NCBI GenBank assembly: GCA_009914755.4
Contig: CP086569.2
Coordinates: 1,120,001 to 1,184,000, forward strand
DNA: 64,000 nucleotides
Reading direction: 5' to 3'
Origin: the human T2T-CHM13v2.0 reference genome, Homo sapiens
Position 1 is the first letter of the stretch; each line of letters opens with the position of its first letter. Both the position numbers and the translations under genes were made by a program. This document shows, piece after piece, positions 31,094 to 56,865 of the stretch. The notes below the pieces were generated by a model. It was not told the origin of the DNA. It worked only from the letters and a program-made list of their open reading frames with translations, and made no database searches.

Positions 31094-31181
31094 GTAAGCA
31101 AGACAGCTCAGGGATCCGTTTACAGCACTGGCCCCACCACCCCGCCAGCATCAAAGTACATCCCGTTGAACTTCGGAGTGA

Positions 31182-31880
<699 letters not shown>

Positions 31881-32748
31881 GTTTTTTTGGTTGTTGTTTT
31901 GTTTTGTGTTTTTTGTTTTGTTTTGTGTTTCTTTTTGTTTTGCCTTGTGTTTTTGTGTTCTTGTTTTGTTTTGTGTTTCTGTGTTTTTCTTTTGTTTTTG
32001 TGCTTTTTGGTTTCACGTTTTTGTGGTGTTTTGTGTTTTTGTGTTTTTGTTTTTTGTGTTTGTTTTTGTTTTGTTTTGTGTTTTGTTTTGTGTTTGTTTT
32101 TGTTTTGTTTTGTGGTTTTTGTTTTGTGTTGTGTTTGTTTTTGTTTTGTTTTGTGTTTTTTTGTTTGTGTTTTGGTGTTTTTGTTTTGTGGTTTTCTTTT
32201 GTGTTTGTTTTTGTTTTGTGTTTTTGTGTTTTTGTTTCATTTTGTTTTGTTTTGTGTTTTTGTGTTTTGTTTTGTTTTGTGTTTGTTTTTGTTTTGTTTT
32301 GTGTTTTTGTGTTTTTGTTTTGTGTTTTGTGTTTTTGTGTTTTGTTTGTTTTGTGTTTTTGTGTTTTGTTTTTGTGTTTTGTTTTGTTTTGTGTTTTTGT
32401 GTTTTGTTTTGTGTTTGTTTTTGTTTTGTTTTGTGTTTTTGTGTTTTTGTTTTGTGTTTTGTGTTTTGTTTTGTGTTTTTGTGTTTTGTTTTGTGTTTTT
32501 GTTTTGTTTTGTGTTTTTGATTTGTGTTTTTGTGTTTTGTTTTGTGTTTGTTTTTGTTTTGTGTTTTGTGTTTTTATGTTTTGTTTTGTGTTTGTTTTCG
32601 TTTTGTTTTGTGTTTTTGTTTTGTGTTTTGTGTTTTTGTGGTTTTTTTTTGTTTTGTGTTTTTGTTTTGTGTTTTTGTGTTTTGTGTTTTTGTGTTTTGT
32701 TTTGTGTTTGTTTTTGTTTTGTTTTGTGTTTTTGTGTTTTGTTTTGTT
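31881..32748. repeat. (GTTTT)n/(TGTTTTG)n compound microsatellite, ~870 bp, ending about 40 bp upstream of coding exon 5
   Basis: Direct reading. The Cys/Phe/Val-rich and K/T/Q-rich ORFs are artefacts. Confidence 0.95.
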
Positions 32749-32777
32749 TTCCTGATTGCTCTCTGAGCACTTTCTAA

Positions 32778-32996
<219 letters not shown>

Positions 32997-33036
32997 TGAA
33001 ATGGAATTTGCCTTAAAATCTGTGTAACTGAGGCCA

Positions 33037-33330
33037 CGTGCGGTGTCTCACACCTGTAATCTCAGCACTTTGGGAGGCCGAGGCGGGCCGATCACCTGAG
33101 ATCGGGTGTTCAAAACCAGCCTGACCAACATGGGGAAACCCCATCTCTACTAAAAATACAAAAATTAGCCGGGCATGGTGGCGCGTGCCTGTAATCCCAG
33201 CTACTCGGAAGGCTGAGGAGAATCACTCAAACCTAGGAGGCGGACGTTGCAATGAGGTGAGATTGTGCCACTGCACTCCAGCTTGAGCGACAGAGCAAGA
33301 CTCTGTCTCAAAAACAAACAAACAAAAATC
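33037..33330 (+). mobile_element. Alu
   Basis: Alu consensus. Confidence 0.9.
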
Positions 33331-33370
33331 TGTGTAACTTTGGTGCTGTAACAAATTAGAACTGAGCTGA

Positions 33371-33671
<301 letters not shown>

Positions 33672-33672
<1 letters not shown>

Positions 33673-33900
33673 CCTCTTTACCTCCTTCCTTCTTTCCTTC
33701 CTCCCTGCCTTTCTGCCTTTCTTCTTTCTTCCTTCCTTCCTTCCCTCCCTCCCTCCTTTCCTTCCTTCCTTCCTCCTTCCCTCCCTTCTTCCTTCCCTCC
33801 CTCCCTCTCTCCCTCCCTTCTTCATTCCTTCCTTCTTCCTCTCCTTCCTTCTCCTTCACTCATTTCCTCCTTCCTTCCTCTTTTTCTTCATTTCTTCCTC
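33672..33900. repeat. (CCTT)n-type pyrimidine tract
   Basis: Direct reading. Confidence 0.9.
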
Positions 33901-34149
33901 ACCAGCACCTCTTCGTGTCCCAGTGCCCTGCTCCTGGCTGGCCTCTTGGAGCCAGTCCCATATGCCCACACGCTCTCCTCTTCCCAAGCCCACCGCATCC
34001 CACCCGTGGACTCCTTCATCCCGTTGGACGTTCCCAGCCTCTTCAGGCTTAGGACTCTCACAGAAGTGTGACTCCTGCCCACCAAGCCCATCCCCACCTC
34101 CCACCCTGGAACCCCTGCCCCAGTGGGTATCTCTCCTGTACATGGTAGC

Positions 34150-34735
34150 TGCCCCACCTCCACTTGGACCCAGTGTAGACAGGAGGAGACCCTGCCCCAT
34201 CTCCACCTGGACCCAGTGTAGTCAAAGAGGTGTCCCTACTCCACGTCCACCTGGACCCAGTGTAGACAGGAGGAGACTGCACCACCTCCACCTGGACCCA
34301 GTGTAGTCAAAGAGATGTCCCTACTCCACGTCCACCTGGACCCAGTGTAGACAGGAGGAGACCCTGTACCACCTCCACTTTACCCAGTGTAGACAGAAGG
34401 AGACCCTGCACCACCTCCACCTGGACCCAGTGTAGACAAAGAGGTGTCCCTACTCCACATTTACCTGGACACAGTGTAGACAGGAGGAGACTGCACCACC
34501 TCCACTTGGACCCAGTGTAGACAGGAGACCCTGCACCACCTCCACCTGGACCCAGTGTAGACAAAGAGGTGTCCCTACTCCACGTCCACCTGGACCCAGT
34601 GTAGACAGGAGGAGACTGCACCACCTCCACCTGGACCCAGTGTAGACAAAGAGGTGTCCCTACTCCACATTTACGTGGACACAGTGTAGACAGGAGGAGA
34701 CCCTGCCCCACCTCTACCTGGACCCAGTGTGAAGG
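34150..34735. repeat. 43-bp-period minisatellite, block 1 (unit ~ctccacctggacccagtgtagacaggaggagaccctgccccac with the variant …gacaaagaggtgtccctactccacRt…)
   Basis: Motif cctggacccagtgtagaca recurs about every 43-62 bp. Confidence 0.9.
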
Positions 34736-35498
34736 CGACCAGCCCTTCCACACATGTGGGTATTTCTCGTCAGGTGGGATGAGAGACTGAGAAAAGAAAT
34801 AAGACACAGAGACAAAGTATAGAGAAAGAACAGTGAGCCCAGGGGACCGGCGCTCAGCATACGGAGGACCTGCACCGGTCTCTGAGTTCTCTCAGTATTT
34901 ATTGCTTACTATTTTCACTATCTTGGCAAGGGGAATGTGGCAGGAGGACAGGGTGATAGTGGGGAGAAGGTCAGCAGGAAGACATATGAGCAAAGGAATC
35001 TGTGTCACAAATAAGTTCAAGGGAAGCTACTATGCCTGGATGCACACGCAGGCCAGATTTATGCTTCTCTCCACACAAACATCAGTGTAGCAAAGAGTCA
35101 CAGAGCAGTATTGCCACCAGCATATCTCGCCTCCAGCCACAGGGCGGTTTTCTCCTGTCTCAGAATAGAACGAATGTACGATCGGGTTTTACACGGAGAC
35201 ATTCCATTCCCAGGGGCAGGCAGGAGACGGAGGGCTTCCTCTTATCTCAACCGCGAGAGGACTTCCTCCTCGGCACAGACCCTTTATGGATGTCGGGCTG
35301 GGGGACGGTCAGGTCTTTTTCCCTTCCCACGAGGCCATATCTCAGACTGTCTCAGTGGGGGGAACCCTCAGACAATACCCGGGCTCTCTCGGGCAGAGGT
35401 CCCTGCGGCTTTCCGCAGTGCATGGTGTCCCTGGTTAATAGAGAATGGAGAATGGCGATGACTTTTACCAAGCATGCTGCCTGCAAACCTATTGTTAA

Positions 35499-35960
<462 letters not shown>

Positions 35961-35989
35961 CCCTGATCTCTCTTTCTTTTCCCTACACA

Positions 35990-37319
<1,330 letters not shown>

Positions 37320-37496
37320 TGAGCGGTGACTCTGGGGTGAACGCACTTCGGGTAGCGGAGGAAGAGGTGAAGGGTCTGTGGCCTGTGGAGCCACCTTGAA
37401 AGAGGTTGCAGGGAGGGTGGACAAGGATGATCCTGCAACCATGGAACCAGGAAGTGGACCGGGAGGTGTGGGGGACGATGCCACAAGCAAGGAGAG

Positions 37497-37930
37497 CCTC
37501 TGCTCCACCTCCAGCTGGACGCAGTGTAGACAGAAGGAGACCCTGCCCCATGTCTACCTGGACCCAGTGTAGATAGGAGGACACCCGACCCCACCTCCAC
37601 CTACACCCAGTGTAGACAGGAGGAGACCCTGCTCCACCTCCATGGAGACCCAGTGTAGACAGGAGGAGCTCTTGTCCCACAACTACCTGGACCCAGTGTA
37701 GACAGGGAGAGAGACTGCCTCACGTCCACCTCGATCCAGTGTAGACAAGAGGAGATCTTGTCTCACAACCTCCTGGACCCAGTGTAGACAAGAAGAGACC
37801 CTGCCCCATGTCCACCTCGAGCCAGTGTAGACAAGAGGAGATCTTGTCCCACAACCACCTGGACCCAGTGTAGACAAGAAGGAGAGCCTGCTCCATGTCT
37901 ACCTGGACGACAGGAGAACACCCTGCCCCA
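37497..37930. repeat. 43-bp minisatellite, block 3 (more diverged), starting about 290 bp downstream of coding exon 6
   Basis: Same motif family: gacccagtgtagacaRgaRgagaYcYtgYcccac. Confidence 0.85.
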
Positions 37931-38173
37931 AGGCCAGTGGGACCTTTCTGGATGGGTTACAGGAAGATATCTGGCCAGGAAGACTTCTGTGTTTGCAGCT
38001 CCTCATCCTACCTGTCTTGTAGATTCGGGGTTTGTGGAGGGAGACCTGCCTGCCACTCCGCAGGGACTCCTTCCCATTCGGTGCCCACACCAGGGGAGAC
38101 ACTGTGTGAACCATCTACAGTGTTTTAGAAATGGAAACAGTGAGCCTTGTGTTGTGTTTTGTTTTGTTTCTAG

Positions 38174-38203
38174 AATACCCAGCCTGGCACGGAAAACCTA
38201 CTG
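38174..38203 (+). CDS. CSF2RA: CSF2RA coding exon 7: 30-nt micro-exon NTQPGTENLL
   Basis: Acceptor ttttgtttctag|AATACC. Donor CTACTG|gtaagt. In frame (phase 0/0). The 57-bp VNTR begins about 15 bp into the downstream intron. Confidence 0.85.
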
Positions 38204-38214
38204 GTAAGTGAAAC

Positions 38215-41200
38215 CACAGACCCTACTGACAACCCTCAGCGTAACCCTACGGTCCCCTACTCACCACACCTAATGTAACTCTACAGTCCCCTACTCATGA
38301 CCCCTACAGTCCCCTACCGACGACCTCCAGCGTAACCCTACAGTCCCCTACTCACCACACCTAGTGTAACTCTACAGTCCCCTACTCACGACCCCTACAG
38401 TCCCCTACTGACGACCTCCAGCGTAACCCTACGGTCCCCTACTCACCACACCTAGTGTAAGGAGGAGGAGACCCTGCCCCACCTCCACAGAGACCCAGTA
38501 TAGACAGGAGGAGCTCTTGTCCCACAACCACCTGGACCCCGTGTAGACAGGAAGAGAACCTGCCCCACGTCCACCTAGTTTAACCCTACAGTCCCCTACT
38601 CACCACACCTAATGTAACTCTACAGTCCCCTACTCATGACCCCTACAGTCCCCTACCGACAACCTCCAGCGTAACCCTACAGTCCCCTACTCACCACACC
38701 TAGTGTAACTCTACAGTCCCCTACTCACGACCCCTACAGTCCCCTACTGACGACCTCCAGCGTAACCCTACGGTCCCCTACTCACCACACCTAGTGTAAG
38801 GAGGAGGAGACCCTGCCCCACCTCCACAGAGACCCAGTATAGACAGGAGGAGCTCTTGTCCCACAACCACCTGGACCCCGTGTAGACAGGAAGAGACCCT
38901 GCCCCACGTCCACCTAGTTTAATCCTACAGTCCCCTACTCACCACACCTAATGTAACTCTACAGTCCCCTACTCATGACCCCTACAGTCCCCTACCGACG
39001 ACCTCCAGCGTAACCCTACAGTCCCCTACTCACCACACCTAGTGTAACTCTACAGTCCCCTACTCACGACCCCCGGAGTAATCCTACAGTCTCCTACTCA
39101 CGACGCCTACAGTTCCCTATTCATGACCACTAGCGTAACCATACAGTCCCCTACCCATGAGCCCTGGCATAACCCTACAATCCCCTACTCACCACACCTA
39201 GCATAAACCTACAGTCCCCTACCCATGACCCCTGGAGTAACCCTACAGTCCCCTAGTCACTACACCTAGTGTAACTAACCATACAGTTCCCTATCCATGA
39301 CCTCTGGCGGAACCCTACACTCCCCTACTCACAACCCCTAGTGTAACCCTACAGTCTCCTACCCATGACCCCTGGCGGAACTGTACAGTCCCCTACTCAC
39401 GACCCCTACACTCTCCTACCCATGACCCCTGGCGGAACCCTACAGTCCCCTACTCACGACCCGTACAGTCTCCTACCCATGACCCCTGGCAGAACCCTAC
39501 AGTCCCCTACTCACGACCCCTACACTCTCCTACCCATGACCCCTGGCGGAACCCTACAGTCCCCTACTCACGACCCCTACAGTCTCCTACCCATGACCCC
39601 TGGAGGAACCCTACAGTCCCCTACTCACGACCCCTACACTCTCCTACCCAAGACCCCTGGCGGAACCCTACAGTCCCCTACTCACGACCCGTACAGTCTC
39701 CTACCCATGACCCCTGGCGGAACCCTACAGTCCCCTACTCACGACCCCTACACTCTCCTACCCATGACCCCTGGCGGAACCGTACAGTCCCCTACTCACG
39801 ACCCCTACAGTCTCCTACCCATGACCCCTGGCGGAACCGTACAGTCCCCTACTCACGACCCCTACACTCTCCTACCCATGACCCCTGGCGGAACCGTACA
39901 GTCCCCTACTCACGACCCCTACAGTCTCCTACCCATGACCCCTGGCGGAACCGTACAGTCCCCTACTCACGACCCCTACAGTCTCCTACCCATGACCCCT
40001 GGCAGAACCCTACAGTCCCCTACTCACGACCCCTACACTCTCCTACCCATGACCCCTGGCGGAACCGTACAGTCCCCTACTCACGACCCCTACAGTCTCC
40101 TACCCATGACCCCTGGCGGAACCGTACAGTCCCCTACTCACGACCCCTACAGTCTCCTACCCATGACCCCTGGCGGAACCCTACAGTCCCCTACTCACGA
40201 CCCCTACAGTCTCCTACCCATGACCCCTGGCGGAACCCTACAGTCCCCTACTCACGACCCCTACAGTCTCCTACCCATGACCCCTGGCGGAACTGTACAG
40301 TCCCCTACTCACGACCCCTACAGTCTCCTACCCATGACCCCTGGCGGAACCCTACAGTCCCCTACTCACGACCCGTACAGTCTCCTACCCATGACCCCTG
40401 GCGGAACCCTACAGTCCCCTACTCACGACCCCTACAGTCTCCTACCCATGACCCCTGGCAGAACCCTACAGTCCCCTACTCACGACCCCTACAGTCTCCT
40501 ACCCATGACCCCTGGCAGAACCCTACAGTCCCCTACTCACGACCCCTACAGTCTCCTACCCATGACCCCTGGCGGAACCCTACAGTCCCCTACTCACGAC
40601 CCCTACAGTCTCCTACCCATGACCCGTGGCGGAACCCTACAGTCCCCTACTCACGACCCCTACAGTCTCCTACCCATGACCCCTGGTGGAACCGTACAGT
40701 CCCCTACTCACGACCCCTACAGTCTCCTACCCATGACCCCTGGCGGAACCGTACAGTCCCCTACTCACGACCCCTACAGTCTCCTACCCATGACCCCTGG
40801 CGGAACCCTACAGTCCCCTACTCACGACCCCTACACTCTCCTACCCATGACCCCTGGCAGAACCCTACAGTCCCCTACTCACGACCCCTACAGTCTCCTA
40901 CCCATGACCCCTGGTGGAACCGTACAGTCCCCTACTCACGACCCCTACAGTCTCCTACCCATGACCCCTGGCGGAACCGTACAGTCCCCTACTCACGACC
41001 CCTACAGTCTCCTACCCATGACCCCTGGCGGAACCCTACAGTCCCCTACTCACGACCCCTACACTCTCCTACCCATGACCCCTGGCAGAACCCTACAGTC
41101 CCCTACTCACGACCCCTACAGTCTCCTACCCATGACCCCTGGCGGAACCCTACAGTCCCCTACTCACGACCCCTACAGTCCCCTACCCATGACCCCTGGA

Positions 41201-42885
41201 GTAACCCTACAGTCCCCTACTCACGACCCCTACAGTCTCCTACCCATGACCCCTGGTGGAACCCTACAGTCCCCTACTCACGACCCCTACACTCTCCTAC
41301 CCATGACCCCTGGCGGAACCCTACAGTCCCCTACTCACGACCCCTACACTCTCCTACCCATGACCCCTGGCGGAACCCTACAGTCCCCTATTCACGACCC
41401 CTACAGTCTCCTACCCATGACCCGTGGCGGAACTGTACAGTCCCCTACTCACGACCCCTACAGTCTCCTACCCATGACCCCTGGCGGAACCCTACAGTCC
41501 CCTACTCACGACCCCTACAGTCTCCTACCCATGACCCCTGGCAGAACCGTACAGTCCCCTACTCACGACCCCTACACTCTCCTACCCATGACCCCTGGCG
41601 GAACCGTACAGTCCCCTACTCACGACCCCTACACTCTCCTACCCATGACCCGTGGCGGAACCCTACAGTCCCCTACTCACGACCCCTACAGTCTCCTACC
41701 CATGACCCCTGGCAGAACCCTACAGTCCCCTACTCACGACCCCTACAGTCCCCTACCCATGACCCCTGGAGTAACCCTACAGTCCCCTACTCACGACCCC
41801 TACAGTCTCCTACCCATGACCCCTGGCAGAACCCTACAGTCCCCTACTCACGACCCCTACAGTCTCCTACCCATGACCCCTGGCAGAACCGTACAGTCCC
41901 CTACTCACGACCCCTACAGTCTCCTACCCATGACCCCTGGTGGAACCCTACAGTCCCCTACTCACGACCCCTACAGTCTCCTACCCATGACCCCTGGCGG
42001 AACCCTACAGTCCCCTACTCACGACCCCTACAGTCTCCTACCCATGACCCCTGGCGGAACCATACAGTCCCCTACTCACGACCCCTACACTCTCCTACCC
42101 ATGACCCCTGGCAGAACCCTACAGTCCCCTACTCACGACCCCTACACTCTCCTACCCATGACCCGTGGCGGAACTGTACAGTCCCCTACTCACGACCCCT
42201 ACAGTCTCCTACCCATGACCCCTGGCAGAACCCTACAGTCCCGTACTCACGACCCCTACAGTCCCCTTCCCATGACCCCTGGCGGAACCCTACAGTCCCC
42301 TACTCACGACGCCTACACTCTCCTACCCATGACCCCTGGCGGAACCCTACAGTCCCCTACTCACGACCCCTACAGTCTCCTACCCATGACCCCTACAGTC
42401 CCCTACTCACAACCCCTACAGTCTCCTACCCATGACCCCTGGCGGAACCCTACAGTCCCCTACTCACGACCCCTACAGTCTCCTACTCATGACCCCTGGA
42501 GTAACCCTACAGTCCCCTATTCAGGAGCCGTAGTGTGACCCTACAATCCCCTACTCACAACCCCCGGTGGAACCCTACAGTCCCCTACCCATGACCTCTG
42601 GTGGAACCCTACAGTCCCCTACTCACGACCCCTAGTGTAACCCCACGTGTAACCCTATAGTCCCCTACCCACGACCTATGTCTGCCTAGACCCAGTGTGA
42701 TCAGGAGGAGACCCCACCTCACCTCCCCCTAGACCCAGTGTAGACAAGAAGGAGAGCCTGCCCCACGTCTACCTGGATCCAGTGTAGACAGGAGAATACT
42801 CTGCCCGACATACAGTTGAACCACTCACAACCCTAGCGTCACCCTACAGTCTCCACGAACCCTACAGTCTTGGTTTATGGGACTC
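38215..42885. repeat. Composite VNTR of ~4.6 kb. Degenerate 57-mer copies at 38215-39270 include a ~360-bp tandem duplication (38221-38575 against 38581-38935) and 43-mer-type inserts at about 38461-38575 and 38815-38930. A highly homogeneous 57-bp array at 39270-42540 has about 57 copies of the unit atgacccctggcggaaccctacagtcccctactcacgacccctacagtctcctaccc. A degenerate tail with 43-mer-type units runs from 42540 to 42885.
   Basis: A period of 57 bp equals 19 codons (MTPGGTLQSPTHDPYSLLP). Two of the three + frames have no stop in the unit. The 1057-aa ORF at 39365-42538 reflects array periodicity, not a demonstrated CDS. Confidence 0.92.
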
Positions 42886-43321
42886 TTAGTGCCAGTGTGG
42901 CCCAGGGGTGGACACGGTGGATCCTGAACCGGAGGATGCAGATCTCACACGGGTGAGGGCCCCCTCATAGTTCTCACTGTGCAGGGTCTGCTCTTGGCCT
43001 CAACCTTCGTGTCCCAATGGTTGGAATATTTATGCTCAGCCTGTTCTACTGATTTTCCCATTTTATTCCTCTTTCCTCTACGTGGGTTAAGAATATATTC
43101 TAGTGACTGTCTAAGGAGATTATGTCTCCCTCTAAAATGCTTTTAGAGTGAGTACTGTTGCCGGGTATTTACCAAGTCTCGCGGCCACTCTGACCCTCGG
43201 TATCCTCCTCTGTCCGATGAGTATGCTAGACTTGGGGATCTTAATATCCCTTGCTAAACTATCCGTCTGAAGGTCTGTTAATATCAGTTGTTGATCCTGA
43301 ATCATTTATTTATGTATGTAT

Positions 43322-44743
<1,422 letters not shown>

Positions 44744-44760
44744 TAATAACCAGAGAAGGG

Positions 44761-45250
<490 letters not shown>

Positions 45251-45341
45251 AGAAGGAGGTGGTCTCATACTCATACGGGGTCATGCAACATTGCTTTGCT
45301 GGTGTTTTTTTCAGGGTGGATGAGCTAGAATCCCTTAATAG

Positions 45342-46103
<762 letters not shown>

Positions 46104-46216
46104 GGGGAAGCTCTCTTCAAAGCCAGGTCTCGGCTGCCCAGGAGACAGGTCTATGCTTTTCTCTGAAGATGATTTTGAGGGCTCCAAATTGAAAAGGGGA
46201 ACGGGCAGGATATTGA

Positions 46217-47908
<1,692 letters not shown>

Positions 47909-48012
47909 TAACCTGTGAAACACCTGGGCCTCCCCAATGAAAACAGGCCAGGCCGGGAGGAAAGCGCTTTGTCCAGTCTCTGTCTCTGTCTCTGAGAAAG
48001 AGAAACACAGCC

Positions 48013-48371
<359 letters not shown>

Positions 48372-48499
48372 TCAGCCCCTCGGGCACAGGGATGGGAATG
48401 GAACAGGCAGTCAGCTGTGGGCAGCTTCAGGGAGTCTGAAGTCACTGCTGTTGAAGGGCTGAGCTCCAGAGGGGAAACGCCTGCCTTGATCCCACTAGC

Positions 48500-49207
<708 letters not shown>

Positions 49208-49292
49208 TTAGTGAAGTTTTGCATAGTTGAGCGCAGACACCCCGCACGCAGCATCCCTCGGCACAGGGCGTTGATGGAAGGAACTCTGGTGA

Positions 49293-49640
<348 letters not shown>

Positions 49641-49686
49641 TGAGGCAGGGTGGTGGTCAAGAAAAGGAGGAGAAGACGGTAGAGAG

Positions 49687-50900
<1,214 letters not shown>

Positions 50901-51149
50901 TCAGCGAGAGCCCAGAGAGGGTGAACAAGGGCGAGGAACCATGTGACCTGCACCCTGAGACCCCATTGGCGCTCCTCTCCCACCCACCTCTCTCCGGCTC
51001 AGGGACTGCGTCTTATGTTGCAGTAGGCTGGCAGGCTGGAAAGTCAGGCCAGGGCTGATGCTGCATCCCAGAGGCAGAACTGTCCTGCATTCTCAGAGTG
51101 GGAGATGAAATTTTTAAAAAGGAAATAAAACTCTTGTCGGGGAACCTCA

Positions 51150-52360
51150 GCTTTTATCCTTTAGACGTTTGACTGATTAGACCAGGCCCACTCTTCTCCT
51201 TTACACCTTCGGCTGATTGAATGAGGCCCACCCTTCCCCCTTTACACCTTCGACTGATTAGATGAGGCCCACCATTCCCCTTTAGACCTTCGACTGATCA
51301 GATGAAGCCCACCCTTCCCCTTTAGACCTTCAGCTTATTAGATAAGGCCCACCCTTACCCTTTAGACTTTCAACTGATTAAATGAGGCCCACTCTCCCCG
51401 TTTAGACCTTTGACTGATTAGATGAAGCCCACGCTTCTCCTTTGGACCTTCAACTGATTAGATGAGGCCCACCCTTCCCCCTTCAGCCTTTCGACTGATT
51501 AGATGAGGCCCACCCTCCCCTTTATACCTTCGACTGATTAGATGAGGCCCACCCTCCCCTTTATACCTTCGACTGATTAGATGAGGCCCACCCTCCCCTT
51601 TATACCTTCGACTGATTAGATGAGGCCCACCCTCCCCTTTATACCTTCGACTGATTAGATGAGGCCCACCCTCCCCTTTATACCTTCGACTGATTAGATG
51701 AAGCCCACCATTCTCCTTTATACCTTCGACTGATTAGATGAAGCCCACGCTTCTCCTTTGGACCTTCAACTGATTAGATGAGGCCCACCTTTCCCCCTTC
51801 AGCCTTTCGACTGATTAGATGAGGCCCACCCTCCCCTTTATACCTTCGACTGATTAGATGAGGCCCACCCTCCCCTTTATACCTTCGACTGATTAGATGA
51901 GGCCCACCCTCCCCTTTATACCTTCGACTGATTAGATGAGGCCCACCCTCCCCTTTATACCTTCGACTGATTAGATGAGGCCCGTCCTTCCCCCATTTAG
52001 ATCTTCAACTGATTAGATGAGGCCCACCTTTCCCCCTTTGGACCTTCGACTGATTAGATGAAGCCCACCTTTCCCTTTTTAGACCTTTGACTGATTAGAT
52101 GAGGCCTACCCTTCTCCCTTTAGACCTTTGACTGATTAGATGAGACCCACCCTTCCCATTTAGACCTTCAACTCATTAGATGAAGCCCACCCTTCCCCCC
52201 TTCCCCTTTAGACCTTCAGCTTATTAATTAGACAAGGTCCACCCCCTTTAGACCTTCAACTGATTAGATGAGGCCCACCCCTCTTCAGACCTTCAACTGA
52301 TTAGATGAGGCCCACCCCCTTTAGACCTTTGACTGATTAGATAAGGCCCACCCACATTCT
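51150..52360. repeat. 39-bp-period minisatellite, about 30 copies (unit gactgattagatgaggcccaccctcccctttataccttc, variants …tttagacctt…)
   Basis: Direct reading. Central copies are identical. Confidence 0.92.
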
Positions 52361-52494
52361 CCAGTCCAATCTCTTTTCCTGGAAATCAGCTGATTGTGGA
52401 CTTGACATCTACAAAGCCCCTTCGTAGCAGCCGCTGAGTCATGGTTTCATTCAATAACTGGGGACTGTAGCCTAGTCACGGGGACACGTCATTG

Positions 52495-52800
52495 GTGCCG
52501 GGTATCAGAGACGAAGGCCAAGAGATGAAAAAGAAACAGAGACTGAACCCAAAAGAGGCAGACACACAGGAAGATGGAGATAGAGACCCAGAGATGGGGG
52601 TGGAAGAAGGTGAGAGGGGGAGGAAAGAGAGACAGAGAGGGAGACAGAGAAAAGAGGCAGAGAGACCGAGAGAGAGGCTGAACAGCAAGACCCCAGAGAG
52701 GGTGACTAAGGGTGAGAGACTTGCGTGACCCACATCCCAAGACCCCGTGGGTGGCCCTCTCCCACCCACCTCTCTCCAGCTCAGGGGCTGTGTCTTCCTC
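52495..52800. repeat. Second copy of the [GA-rich tract + cccagagagggtgaMYaagg…ctctcccacccacctctctccRgctcagggRctgYgtctt] segment also present at 50565-51010. Together these are direct repeats flanking the 39-bp minisatellite.
   Basis: Roughly 85-90% identity across about 300 bp (for example 50885-51010 against 52680-52800). Confidence 0.8.
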
Positions 52801-53184
52801 CCATGGGGAACTCCAGTTGCAGCCCAGGGTTGCCCCCAGCGCCCTCTTCTCTGCCACATAGGTAACATCCTCCTGGTTGCCACTTGCACACCCCCATCCT
52901 AGACCTGGCCATCTGTCATTCCATTACCTTCCACCCCCACGCCAGCCTCCTCCCCGGCCCCCGCTTTCCACTGACCCCCAGGGGTCCCCCACATCGAGGT
53001 GCCAGGATGACGGCTTCAGGCTTCAACCTTCCCTTCTCTGAGCTCCATCAGCTCCAGGGGCTTAGCACCTGCTGTACCCTGCCCAGGTTTCATGCTCACA
53101 AGCTCTTCCAAAGACCACCCTGTTCATCGTCAACTATGAGGTCCCATGGGTGGATCTGTCTCAGATCTTTACCCCAGGAAAAAC

Positions 53185-54445
<1,261 letters not shown>

Positions 54446-54630
54446 TGATACTTCGCAAAGATGCTTAGACTCCAAGAAGCTTTTGCATCTCTTTCCAACC
54501 CAACTACTGAGGTACTGTGTAGCCTCCTCCTTGAATAACTAACCTGGTGAGCTGAGATTGCGCCATTGCAATCCAGCCTGGGCAACAAGAGCAAAACTCC
54601 ATCACATTTAAAAAAAAAAAAAAATTGATG

Positions 54631-56057
<1,427 letters not shown>

Positions 56058-56193
56058 AGACGGAAATTCATTTCCCTCCATTTCCCACATCTAGAAAAGG
56101 CTGACTTTCTTCATTGGTGGTTGCTGTCACTCAGGCCTGCTGTTGACTCCTCATATCTCACTGGACTGTGACTCTCCTGCCTCCCTCTCATAA

Positions 56194-56480
<287 letters not shown>

Positions 56481-56629
56481 CCTTATAAGGACAATTGTAA
56501 TTACATGTCAGGCCCACGGGGACACTCCAGAATCATCTCTCCATGGCAATATCCCTGGAATAAAAGTCCTCCTTCCATAGAGAGCATTCTGTAATGTGTC
56601 CACAGCATGCTTATCCAGGTAAGAACATG

Positions 56630-56865
56630 CTGGGGGCCATTATTCTGTCTCCCACGTGGAATTAGGACGTGGACATCTTTGGGACCATTATTCTGTCTCC
56701 CACATGGAATTAGGACGTGGACATATTTGGGGACATTATTCTGTCTATCACATGGGTTTAGGACGTGGACATCTTTGGGGCCATTATTCTGTCTCCCACA
56801 TGGGATTAGGACATGGCCATATTTACGGGACATTATTTTGCCTCCCACGATCAGTGAGTAATTCA
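56630..56865. repeat. 48-bp-period minisatellite, about 5 copies (cattattctgtctcccacRtggaattaggacgtggacatMtttggggRc)
   Basis: Direct reading. Periodic ORFs on both strands. Confidence 0.85.
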
